DNA from: Escherichia phage vB_Eco_CWW26
Sequence record: PQ900155.1
DNA length: 48,021 nt
Reading direction: 5' to 3' (one strand)
Within the stretch, counting starts at the first letter, position 1. Each line of letters starts with the position of its first letter. The notes beneath the pieces are model-generated. The model worked only from the letters and a program-made list of their open reading frames with translations. It ran no database searches and had not been told where the DNA came from. A program made the position numbers and the translations under genes. Positions 34,965 to 42,353 of this stretch are shown here, in pieces.

Positions 34965-35768
34965 TTATGCTACTTTCTGACAGTGTTGTGCGATTAACTC
35001 TTCGCTCCAGCCTGGCATATTGAGCAACTGTGCTTTGGTATACACCGCGCCGTTGTAGCTGTACTTCTCTTCGACAACCGGCGGCGGTGTTACTAACAGG
35101 TCAGTTGCTGGCGGCGGTGTTGCAGGTGCCGGAGCAGCCGGAGCCGGGGTTGGAACAGGTGCGCCGCCGCCGAATACACTTGCCGCATCCGGACCGCTGC
35201 CTTCACGAACAATCGCTTCACCGGGGCGTGACAGTTCGAGCAGGTTTGGGTTCAGATATACGCCCGGAGACTTTGCTGGTTTATTGCCTTTAGCCACGAT
35301 ATTTACGCGTACATAGTCACCCAGCTTGATAGCGTTTGCGTCCTGAATTGCGTCCAGCGGGCTATATTTGCCAACGTGGTAGCAGTTGTAGGGAATTCGA
35401 GTATTAAGATGTAATACCCAGTGGCCGCGTTTGTAAGGGTCACTATTAGGAACATTACCTTCCTTGTTGGGAATGTCGCTATCGCCGTCAACTACCTTCC
35501 ATGAGAAATCGTTACGACGGGTCATTGCCTCATCGTAACCATGTTCAGCATCCAGTGCCGCCATGACGATTTGTTTGCCCCATTCGGTATCTTTCCAGTC
35601 TGCTTCACCAGTTTTAGGAATTGCAATACCGATGTAAATTTCCTTAACTGGCTGACCATCTTTACCGATGACCGGCTGTTTTGTGACTTTATCGGTGCGT
35701 ACATTTTGCTTCAGCGGGTGACCATGAATCAGACGAGCAACAGGGGTAACGAAAGTAAATTGAGCCAT
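34965..35768 (-). CDS. ssDNA-binding protein (DUF2815 / T7 gp2.5-like)
   Basis: 267 aa. The N-terminal FVTPVARLIHGHPLK pattern is present, with a Pro/Ala-rich linker. It is adjacent to the DUF2800-like nuclease, as in known replication modules. Confidence 0.6.
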   Translation of the reverse strand: MAQFTFVTPVARLIHGHPLKQNVRTDKVTKQPVIGKDGQPVKEIYIGIAIPKTGEADWKDTEWGKQIVMAALDAEHGYDEAMTRRNDFSWKVVDGDSDIPNKEGNVPNSDPYKRGHWVLHLNTRIPYNCYHVGKYSPLDAIQDANAIKLGDYVRVNIVAKGNKPAKSPGVYLNPNLLELSRPGEAIVREGSGPDAASVFGGGAPVPTPAPAAPAPATPPPATDLLVTPPPVVEEKYSYNGAVYTKAQLLNMPGWSEELIAQHCQKVA

Positions 35769-35822
35769 CTTGTAAATCCTCTCTGCTAAGTGTGGGAGAC
35801 CCTCTGTCTCCCGGTGATTTGA

Positions 35823-35851
35823 ATACTACGTTGGTTTGACGAGTACGTCAA
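35823..35851 (-). promoter_or_regulatory. Leftward promoter TTGACG-N17-TAGTAT in perfect palindrome TTGACG-AGTA-CGTCAA (35836..35851)
   Basis: The minus strand reads ttgacg tactcgtcaaaccaacg tagtat. A 7-bp hairpin (35794..35812) follows in the SSB leader. Confidence 0.6.
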
Positions 35852-35854
35852 CAA

Positions 35855-36979
35855 CTATTTTCGGGAAAATACATTTTTAATTGCACGTTCATCGACCTGT
35901 TCCAGCTTGACACCTGTCACAGGTGTTTCGGAGTACTGCTCAATAATGGACGGGTCGATACCTTTTTTGACACACTGTGCGGGTGTGTCCAGTTCCTGCG
36001 GCTTACGAAGATTCTGACCGAGTAAATCCCCCATCATAATCACCTGGTCAACCGGAACATCTTTCTTCCAGCGCTTACGACCGTATGTGGTTTTGGCGCT
36101 ATAGAATGTCACGTGTTGCCCCTGCTTAATCTCGTGCAGTGCCTGTTCCTCCAGACCACTGAGACGCATTTTAATCATCTCCTGAGCACGCTGCAGGAGT
36201 CGCAATTCAACACCCAGGGCATGACCGGACAGGTTGTGCGTCTGTAACGACTGCACGTAGTCCACACCGGCATAACTTTGTTGCTTCAGCGTGTCACAGT
36301 GTGCGCGTGCGCTACAGTCGAGACAGTGTGGCCCCGGCGTACACATCGGCGCGGTGTCCAGCACGCGGGGCATCGTCTCGTTCACCTGCTGCCGGTATAC
36401 ACACAGTTCATCGTATGTGAGCGCCCATTTGCGTACCGTACCGTCACTGGTGAATCCGCGAGGCTGCACGATGACCAGTTCAATAACGTCCGGCGGCGTC
36501 TGGAATTGCTCACAAATACTGAACGCTTCAATCAATAGCTGCCAGTTTTCAAACGGGTCAACAATGCGATGACCGAATTTAGCGTCCCAGACACGTAGTA
36601 CCTTTTCTTCCGGTACGTACACCCACGCGTCAGGAATACAGTACCAGTCGCCGTAACCCGGGACGGGACACGCTTCCTCAACGTGAAGTCCCTGAGTGCA
36701 GTCATGACTGTTACAGTAACCCCACACCTCGTTAAAATACTCACGAGCGGCGTCAAACAGTTCATCCGTGATAACAATTCCATCCTTTGACAGACTGCCC
36801 ACCAGTTCACCAAACGGCTCATTACGGAACAGTTTCTGAGCCACTTCGTGACATGCCCGGCCCTCTAGCCGGGATTGTGACGGTTCGACGTCCAGTGGTG
36901 GATAAGCCTGCTGCGCACGGAACGACCCGTTACAGTTCATCCACGTACCAGCGTCGGATACTTTGGGTAAATTAGTCAT
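35855..36979 (-). CDS. PD-(D/E)XK Cas4-like exonuclease (DUF2800-like) with C-terminal Cys cluster
   Basis: This is track ORF 35855..37030 trimmed to ATG 36979. It has VWDAKFGH (D..K core) and CTPGPHCLDCSARAHC (Fe-S-type Cys cluster). Confidence 0.65.
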   Translation of the reverse strand: MTNLPKVSDAGTWMNCNGSFRAQQAYPPLDVEPSQSRLEGRACHEVAQKLFRNEPFGELVGSLSKDGIVITDELFDAAREYFNEVWGYCNSHDCTQGLHVEEACPVPGYGDWYCIPDAWVYVPEEKVLRVWDAKFGHRIVDPFENWQLLIEAFSICEQFQTPPDVIELVIVQPRGFTSDGTVRKWALTYDELCVYRQQVNETMPRVLDTAPMCTPGPHCLDCSARAHCDTLKQQSYAGVDYVQSLQTHNLSGHALGVELRLLQRAQEMIKMRLSGLEEQALHEIKQGQHVTFYSAKTTYGRKRWKKDVPVDQVIMMGDLLGQNLRKPQELDTPAQCVKKGIDPSIIEQYSETPVTGVKLEQVDERAIKNVFSRK

Positions 36980-36981
36980 GT

Positions 36982-37311
36982 TTACTCCAACCCATCCATT
37001 ACGACCAGACGCAATCCCGCAATTAGGCAATTATCACCGTATGCAAAATTTGCGGTATGTGGTGATTTAGCCATCACACTGGTGTCAGAAACCCATTCAA
37101 AATCGATTCCCTGTTTTTCGATGATTTCCATACCAATACCATAAGCGTTAGAAGGGCAAAACGGTTGCCAGTGGTCTTGCTCATTTCTTACGAATAAACA
37201 ATCACCGTGATGTTCCCGAATTATGAAACCATTCACTTGTTCACCCGGTTTGAAAATCTTGTAATTTAGTTTCAGCGCTTTTGCGACATTTAAGTCTAGT
37301 TCTTTGTCCAT
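36982..37311 (-). CDS. Hypothetical protein (109 aa)
   Basis: This is track ORF 36982..37350 trimmed to ATG 37311, located 5 nt after the upstream stop. Confidence 0.45.
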   Translation of the reverse strand: MDKELDLNVAKALKLNYKIFKPGEQVNGFIIREHHGDCLFVRNEQDHWQPFCPSNAYGIGMEIIEKQGIDFEWVSDTSVMAKSPHTANFAYGDNCLIAGLRLVVMDGLE

Positions 37312-37315
37312 TGTC

Positions 37316-38335
37316 TCACTCCCCCAAATGCGCTTTAACACGTGCCACAAACGGACCGATTTTATCCGGGTGGGCGTTCAGTTCCTGCACCGACGACATA
37401 CCGTCCTGCGCCAGCAGCGTGTTCACCGTTGCCACATCAATCTTACCGTGACGCTCGGTCAGGAAGGTCATGAGGCGTGGGAAGTCCCAGTCGGTTACTT
37501 CCGGTACAGGCGGTGCAACAACTACCGGCGGCGGTACAGGTTTCTCGTATGCAGGAGCACCACCGTGACCATTTTCACACGTTACGCCGCTGGGCGATGA
37601 AAATTGAGGTTTCATGCACACTGAACACAGGTCACCAGTTTCAGGATGTGTCACTTCCGATTTCCAGTCATCAGTAGGAGGCGGCACAGGAAGTGGCGGA
37701 ATACCTGCAACGGTCTGCTCGGTTACCACGCCAGCGTCAGTGTGGAAGTCATCGGCCGGAGGTGTTACCGATGGTTCAGGAGTGACGCAAATATGTGGAG
37801 TTCCGTGATGGTCACAACCTTCATCAATGCACAATTCTTCACCGGATGGTGTCACCGGTACAGGTTCTTGAGGGAAACGTAATTCATCCTGTACTCGCTG
37901 AATAGTTGCCGCCCACTGCTCCTCATCCATGCCCTTCGGCTTACGACGCAGACGCCACGTACCGTCCGCATTAAGCGCCTTACTGGTGGAGTGGATACGC
38001 TCGTCCCACGGTGTACCGGTTGAGTCGGTAGTGGGTGGGTCGATATCCGGTTTAACTGGTACGCACAATTCAACCATTTCGCGAGTTACTTCAATACTTC
38101 TCCCGTCACGGGGAGCCAGCGACTCAACCTGTTGAGCAGTCGTGTCGACTTCCGGCTCATCCATCATTTGTGGCGCGGATTGTTGCAGTAATTCAGTGCT
38201 GATAACCAATGGGGTTACGGTCACATCGACTGGGTGACCATCTTTTTTGCTGGCAATTTCGATAAGCGCTTTACCGAATTGAAGCAATGCGATGGTATCG
38301 TCGTTCGGGATGGTTAAAGTGATAAGGTTGGTCAT
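37316..38335 (-). CDS. Pro/Cys-rich replication-module protein carrying a TPWDERIH motif (339 aa)
   Basis: This is track ORF 37316..38350 trimmed to ATG 38335 (ATGA overlap). It has two Cys/His clusters and the motif GTPWDERIHSTSKALNADGTWRLRRK, which is shared with the polymerase. Confidence 0.55.
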   Translation of the reverse strand: MTNLITLTIPNDDTIALLQFGKALIEIASKKDGHPVDVTVTPLVISTELLQQSAPQMMDEPEVDTTAQQVESLAPRDGRSIEVTREMVELCVPVKPDIDPPTTDSTGTPWDERIHSTSKALNADGTWRLRRKPKGMDEEQWAATIQRVQDELRFPQEPVPVTPSGEELCIDEGCDHHGTPHICVTPEPSVTPPADDFHTDAGVVTEQTVAGIPPLPVPPPTDDWKSEVTHPETGDLCSVCMKPQFSSPSGVTCENGHGGAPAYEKPVPPPVVVAPPVPEVTDWDFPRLMTFLTERHGKIDVATVNTLLAQDGMSSVQELNAHPDKIGPFVARVKAHLGE

Positions 38336-38622
38336 TGTTCTACGCTCCATAATAAAGTTTCTTCAATCACTTCGAATTCGATTTCATCAACGTAACCGGT
38401 TTCCCAGTCTGTACCGACATTTAAGTTGCATTTCCACTTGTAAACGCCGGGAATTTTATCTTCTACCTCAAACGGTAAACCGATTTCCTCAGCGTTGCCG
38501 GGGTCAAGCAAGCTGTAATGAATGTTGGGGGTTTTAAGAATTGTAACTGTGCCCCATTTATCAACCGCCACGATCCACTCGGACCCGTTGGGTGAGTCGT
38601 ATTGTTCATCATTTTCTTGCAT
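38332..38622 (-). CDS. Hypothetical acidic protein (96 aa)
   Basis: This is track ORF 38332..38676 trimmed to ATG 38622, which has a GGAGGACAGAGAG RBS and lies downstream of the promoter. Confidence 0.5.
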   Translation of the reverse strand: MQENDEQYDSPNGSEWIVAVDKWGTVTILKTPNIHYSLLDPGNAEEIGLPFEVEDKIPGVYKWKCNLNVGTDWETGYVDEIEFEVIEETLLWSVEQ

Positions 38623-38654
38623 CTCTCTGTCCTCCATTGTTGTCGATGTGGTGA

Positions 38655-38683
38655 ACTCTATATCACCATGACGCAACCGTCAA
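38655..38683 (-). promoter_or_regulatory. Leftward promoter TTGACG-N17-TAGAGT in palindrome ATGACG-CAAC-CGTCAA (38668..38683)
   Basis: The minus strand reads ttgacg gttgcgtcatggtgata tagagt. It heads the long leftward replication operon. Confidence 0.6.
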
Positions 38684-38697
38684 CACTAATTTTAAAT

Positions 38698-38726
38698 TTG
38701 ACACGGGGTGGGTGGTGCGACATAAT
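38698..38726 (+). promoter_or_regulatory. Rightward promoter TTGACA-N17-CATAAT
   Basis: ttgaca cggggtgggtggtgcga cataat. It is divergent from 38655..38683. Confidence 0.6.
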
Positions 38727-38740
38727 GACGCCATCGTCAA
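38725..38740. promoter_or_regulatory. Palindrome ATGACG-CCAT-CGTCAA overlapping the -10/+1 of the rightward promoter (operator-like position)
   Basis: Same 16-bp family. Here it is not used as a -35 element but sits over the transcription start region. Confidence 0.45.
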
Positions 38741-38760
38741 TAGTTGAGAGGAAGTGAGAG

Positions 38761-38964
38761 ATGAGTAATATTAAACCCGGCAAAGACCTTGCACCTTACT
38801 GTCATTTTAGACCGATGACGTACCATCAATGCGACAGCCGTTGCGACGATTATTATGATGGATGGGAATGTGACTTCTGTGGTCACGTTATCCCCGCTCC
38901 AGAATGGAATGCAAAGTTAAAAGTAAAATATGACGGTGGGGATTTAACCAATGACACAAATTAA
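38761..38964 (+). CDS. Small Cys-rich (zinc-binding?) protein (67 aa)
   Basis: GAGAGGAAG RBS. Cys pattern C..C....C-x2-C. Confidence 0.5.
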   Translation: MSNIKPGKDLAPYCHFRPMTYHQCDSRCDDYYDGWECDFCGHVIPAPEWNAKLKVKYDGGDLTNDTN

Positions 38965-39124
38965 ACAACTGCTCCGGCCATCTTACGGCTGGTACAACTC
39001 GGTCAGTAAGAAGGATAAGTGGTTTCTCGACGATGTGCAGATACCGATGTATGTGGCACGTAAACTAATCAGAAAAGCACGTATGGTCGAGTCGAACGAC
39101 GTGCGCAAAGTGTGGGAGATGTAG
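38951..39124 (+). CDS. Hypothetical small protein (57 aa)
   Basis: Read by hand: MTQIKQLLRPSYGWYNSVSKKDKWFLDDVQIPMYVARKLIRKARMVESNDVRKVWEM. Confidence 0.35.
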   Translation: MTQIKQLLRPSYGWYNSVSKKDKWFLDDVQIPMYVARKLIRKARMVESNDVRKVWEM

Positions 39125-39126
39125 AG

Positions 39127-39315
39127 ATGGGAACAGGGCGTATACGAGCCGCTTTACAAGCTATCGATGTCGAACTGAAGATATGTGAACTCGGTGTCAT
39201 AGGGTGGAGTCATTTTTATGATACTCCGTTAAAGAAAAAGAAAAGACAGCTTAAAGCTCACACGAAGGGATTAATAAATCACGACAGGATTATCACGTGG
39301 AGCGACCGTAAATGA
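39127..39315 (+). CDS. Hypothetical small protein (62 aa)
   Basis: This is track ORF 39112..39315, with ATG 39127 preferred. Its stop overlaps the helicase start. Confidence 0.4.
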   Translation: MGTGRIRAALQAIDVELKICELGVIGWSHFYDTPLKKKKRQLKAHTKGLINHDRIITWSDRK

Positions 39316-40955
39316 TACCAACACTCCGACCCTATCAGGAAAAACTGGTCAAAGACACGTACCAGCAGTGGGACGCCGGTAAGCAGTTTGTGGCAATGGT
39401 GAGCGCTACCGGCTCCGGCAAGTCAATGACCCTGACCGCTATTGTCGCAAAAGAGCGTGACCGGGGTCAGTATGTGCTGGTGCTGGCGCATCGTCAGGAG
39501 CTTATAACACAGTTGAGCGACACGATGGGACGTATGGAAATCCGCCACCAGGTTATCGCTGCTAATAAAGTGGTACGCTTCGCCGCTAAACAGTCGATGG
39601 AAAACCACGGGGTTAATTATGTTGACCCGAATGCGCGGGTAATGGTTGCGTCCGTACAATCAATGCGTGAGGCTAAAATTGCTGACCTGGCAAAGCTGGG
39701 TAATAAGCTGACCGTTGTGCAGGATGAATTCCACCATGCCACGAAGAAATCGAAGACCTGGGGAGGTGTGCTGACACCCCTGCTTAACGCTGGTGCACGC
39801 GGACTTGGACCGACCGCCACACCTTGTCGTGCGGATGGACAGGGTTTATCACGCGAGACGGACGGTTACGCGGATGTGATTGTTGAAGGTCCGTCAATGC
39901 GCTGGCTTATCGACAACGGATATCTTAGTCAGTACAAAATTTACTGCCCGCCGACCGACCTACAACTGGATAACGTGGAAACCAGTAAAACCACGGGGGA
40001 CTATAAAGAGAAGGAACTCAAAGCGGAGATTGGGCGTTCACATATCGTCGGCGACATTGTGAGTCACTATCTCAAAATCTGCCCGGGTAAACGCGGCATC
40101 ACCTTTACCGTCGGCGTGGATACGGCAGAGGAAGTAGCGGAAGAATATCGTAAGCGTGGTGTACCAGCAATTGCATTGTCCGGGCGCAATGCAGATGAAG
40201 AACGTGTACAGGCTATCCGTGATTTGAAGTCTGGAAAGATTTTGCAAATTGTTAATGATTCGTTAATAGGGGAAGGAGTGGACATTCCCGCAGTGGAAGT
40301 AGTGTCTTTCGCCAGACCGACACAGAGTTATGCACTTTATGCACAAATGTTCGGTCGTGCGCTGCGTCCGTTCGAGGGAAAATCACACGCTATCATTATC
40401 GACGCAGTATCAAACGTCATGCGCCACGGTTTACCGGATGCACCGCGTGAGTGGAGTCTTGACCGTCGGGAGCGTCGCACGGGTAAAAGTGAACCATCGA
40501 CGGTGCGCGTGTGTACAGCTTGCGCGGCAGTGTATGAGCGGTTCCGTGACGCATGTCCGGACTGCGGTGAGCCTGTACCTAAACCGGCGCAACGTAGTGG
40601 TCCAGAGTTTGTAGACGGTGACCTTTACGAGCTTGACCCGGACGTACTGGCGCAGATGCGTAATGAGGTTGTGGGGGCACGTGAGACACCCGAGGCAATG
40701 CGTGACAGACTGACCGCACAACATGCGCCGCCTGCTGGAGTAATGGCTAACGTCAAACGTCAGAGAGAAAGGCTTGACGCGCTCGTCAAATTGGACCTAA
40801 AATTAGCGGAGTGGGCCGGGTATCGTCGTGCGGAAGGTCTGAGCGACAATGAAATATTTCGCAAGTTTTACCTGACGTATGGCGTGTCATGGCTGGAGGC
40901 GCAGGCGCTCAAATCGGCTGATGCGGATAAATTAAGAGAGAGGATTGGGTTATGA
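39312..40955 (+). CDS. SF2 (DEAD/DEAH, ResIII-type) DNA helicase with zinc ribbon
   Basis: 547 aa. Walker A ATGSGKS, Walker B DEFHH, helicase-C QMFGRALR, and CTAC...CPDC. Confidence 0.85.
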   Translation: MIPTLRPYQEKLVKDTYQQWDAGKQFVAMVSATGSGKSMTLTAIVAKERDRGQYVLVLAHRQELITQLSDTMGRMEIRHQVIAANKVVRFAAKQSMENHGVNYVDPNARVMVASVQSMREAKIADLAKLGNKLTVVQDEFHHATKKSKTWGGVLTPLLNAGARGLGPTATPCRADGQGLSRETDGYADVIVEGPSMRWLIDNGYLSQYKIYCPPTDLQLDNVETSKTTGDYKEKELKAEIGRSHIVGDIVSHYLKICPGKRGITFTVGVDTAEEVAEEYRKRGVPAIALSGRNADEERVQAIRDLKSGKILQIVNDSLIGEGVDIPAVEVVSFARPTQSYALYAQMFGRALRPFEGKSHAIIIDAVSNVMRHGLPDAPREWSLDRRERRTGKSEPSTVRVCTACAAVYERFRDACPDCGEPVPKPAQRSGPEFVDGDLYELDPDVLAQMRNEVVGARETPEAMRDRLTAQHAPPAGVMANVKRQRERLDALVKLDLKLAEWAGYRRAEGLSDNEIFRKFYLTYGVSWLEAQALKSADADKLRERIGL

Positions 40956-41251
40956 GCAATATGTGCGACTGTCATTCCTGTGGTCTAAGAAGTAGTGCGG
41001 CACCCGAAAAGAACAAGGAATACGAAAAAATAATCAATATGTTAATCGACTCTGGTGGGGAGAAACAACTTGTTGAGTTAATTAGAATTTTTACGAATAA
41101 AATTTCCACGGAAATATCCACATCTCGTGGTCCGAATCTGCTTGCATATGAAAACAAAGAATTAGCACGAGTAGATGTAATTACGCGGGCAGCTGAACAA
41201 TTGAAAAGTCTTCTCACCTCTCGCATTCAGGATGGGGGTGACACAAAATGA
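40952..41251 (+). CDS. Hypothetical protein (99 aa)
   Basis: Coupled ORF. Confidence 0.5.
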   Translation: MSNMCDCHSCGLRSSAAPEKNKEYEKIINMLIDSGGEKQLVELIRIFTNKISTEISTSRGPNLLAYENKELARVDVITRAAEQLKSLLTSRIQDGGDTK

Positions 41252-41721
41252 CACCAACACTTCTCGAATGGCAACGTAAGCACGGTATCACGGCTGAGGC
41301 GCTGGCTGACCTTGTGACAATGGTGGGACTGGATGTCCCACGCTCAACCAAAGATACGCCCGAAGCGCGTGTACAGGATGAGGCGCGACTGCTGGCAAGT
41401 AAGATGGGCTGGCGACTTTTTCGCAATAATGTGGGTGTCCTGAAGGATGAGCGGGGTGTACCGGTACGTTACGGTATCGCAAATGACTCCCCGGCGATGA
41501 ACAAACGTATCAAGTCAAGCGACCTCATCGGCATTCGCCCCGTGGTTATCACACCCGATATGGTCGGGTCAACCATTGGTCAGTTTGTGGCGCGTGAGGT
41601 GAAAAAAGCCGGGTGGAAGTATAAAGGTACGGAACACGAAAAGGCACAGCTCGCATTTGGGACGCTGATTATCGGGCTGGGCGGTGATTTTAAATTTTAT
41701 AGTGGTGAGGGGGAATTGTGA
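41248..41721 (+). CDS. VRR-NUC domain nuclease
   Basis: 157 aa. The pattern W..FRNNVG...SDLIGI...G.FVAREVK...Q..F is the VRR-NUC signature. Confidence 0.75.
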   Translation: MTPTLLEWQRKHGITAEALADLVTMVGLDVPRSTKDTPEARVQDEARLLASKMGWRLFRNNVGVLKDERGVPVRYGIANDSPAMNKRIKSSDLIGIRPVVITPDMVGSTIGQFVAREVKKAGWKYKGTEHEKAQLAFGTLIIGLGGDFKFYSGEGEL

Positions 41722-41996
41722 TGGCTGTTATTACACTTGAGCAAATTATCGAACTTCAATATCGAAGACACAACAACGTGTCGAATCAACAATTCAAACA
41801 ACTTAACGGAAAATATTCTTCCAGAGGTTTGAGAAATGCGCACCGTTACGCCGATATTGAGCGCCACAAATGTTGGCCACGCGGTAAAACTTATTACCGT
41901 CTCTACCGTCGCCAGATGAATCCACACATCAACTTTACTGTTTCACCGGGTCATCCGGACAGATATAAACACATGTCGTTGCGGATGTGGAGTTGA
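41718..41996 (+). CDS. Hypothetical basic protein (92 aa)
   Basis: Coupled ORF, Arg/Lys/His-rich. Confidence 0.45.
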   Translation: MMAVITLEQIIELQYRRHNNVSNQQFKQLNGKYSSRGLRNAHRYADIERHKCWPRGKTYYRLYRRQMNPHINFTVSPGHPDRYKHMSLRMWS

Positions 41997-42021
41997 CCAC
42001 TCCGTCAACCTGTGCCATACT
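41993..42021 (+). promoter_or_regulatory. Rightward promoter TTGACC-N17-CATACT in palindrome TTGACC-ACTC-CGTCAA (41993..42008)
   Basis: ttgacc actccgtcaacctgtgc catact. It lies directly upstream of the TetR-like gene. Confidence 0.55.
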
Positions 42022-42050
42022 GCAACAAATTACCTAATGGAACCGAACTC

Positions 42051-42329
42051 ATGAGCAAAGAGCATATTTTAGAAGTAGCTTACACGATGGCACAGCGCGA
42101 CGGCTTTGGTACTCTTACCCGCGATGGTGTCGCTGCCGAGGCTGGTGTGGCGATGGGAAGCGTTAACCATCACTGGGGTAAGATGTCCGCACTTCGTGAA
42201 GCAGTGATGCAACGGGCGGTAGAAGAAGAAAACCTCGAATTGATTGGGCAGGGGATGGCGCTGGGTGATAGCGTTGCCAAATCCGCCCCACTGGAGCTAC
42301 GCACACGCGCGTTGACAACCCTGCTTTAA
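42051..42329 (+). CDS. Mini TetR-family HTH protein (92 aa, DNA-binding domain only)
   Basis: This is track ORF 42012..42329, with ATG 42051 preferred. ILEVAYTMAQRDGFGTLTRDGVAAEAGVAMGSVNHHWGKMSALREAV aligns with the TetR N-terminal HTH pattern. No ligand-binding domain is present. Confidence 0.6.
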   Translation: MSKEHILEVAYTMAQRDGFGTLTRDGVAAEAGVAMGSVNHHWGKMSALREAVMQRAVEEENLELIGQGMALGDSVAKSAPLELRTRALTTLL

Positions 42330-42353
42330 TAACTAAAACAGAGAGAGACAGAG

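Noticed and set aside
42051-42329. The TetR-like gene as evidence of a lysogeny (CI/Cro) module
   Set aside because: No integrase, excisionase, partition genes or divergent cro-like gene are present. The protein is embedded in the replication operon, so it is treated as a lytic-cycle regulator candidate instead.
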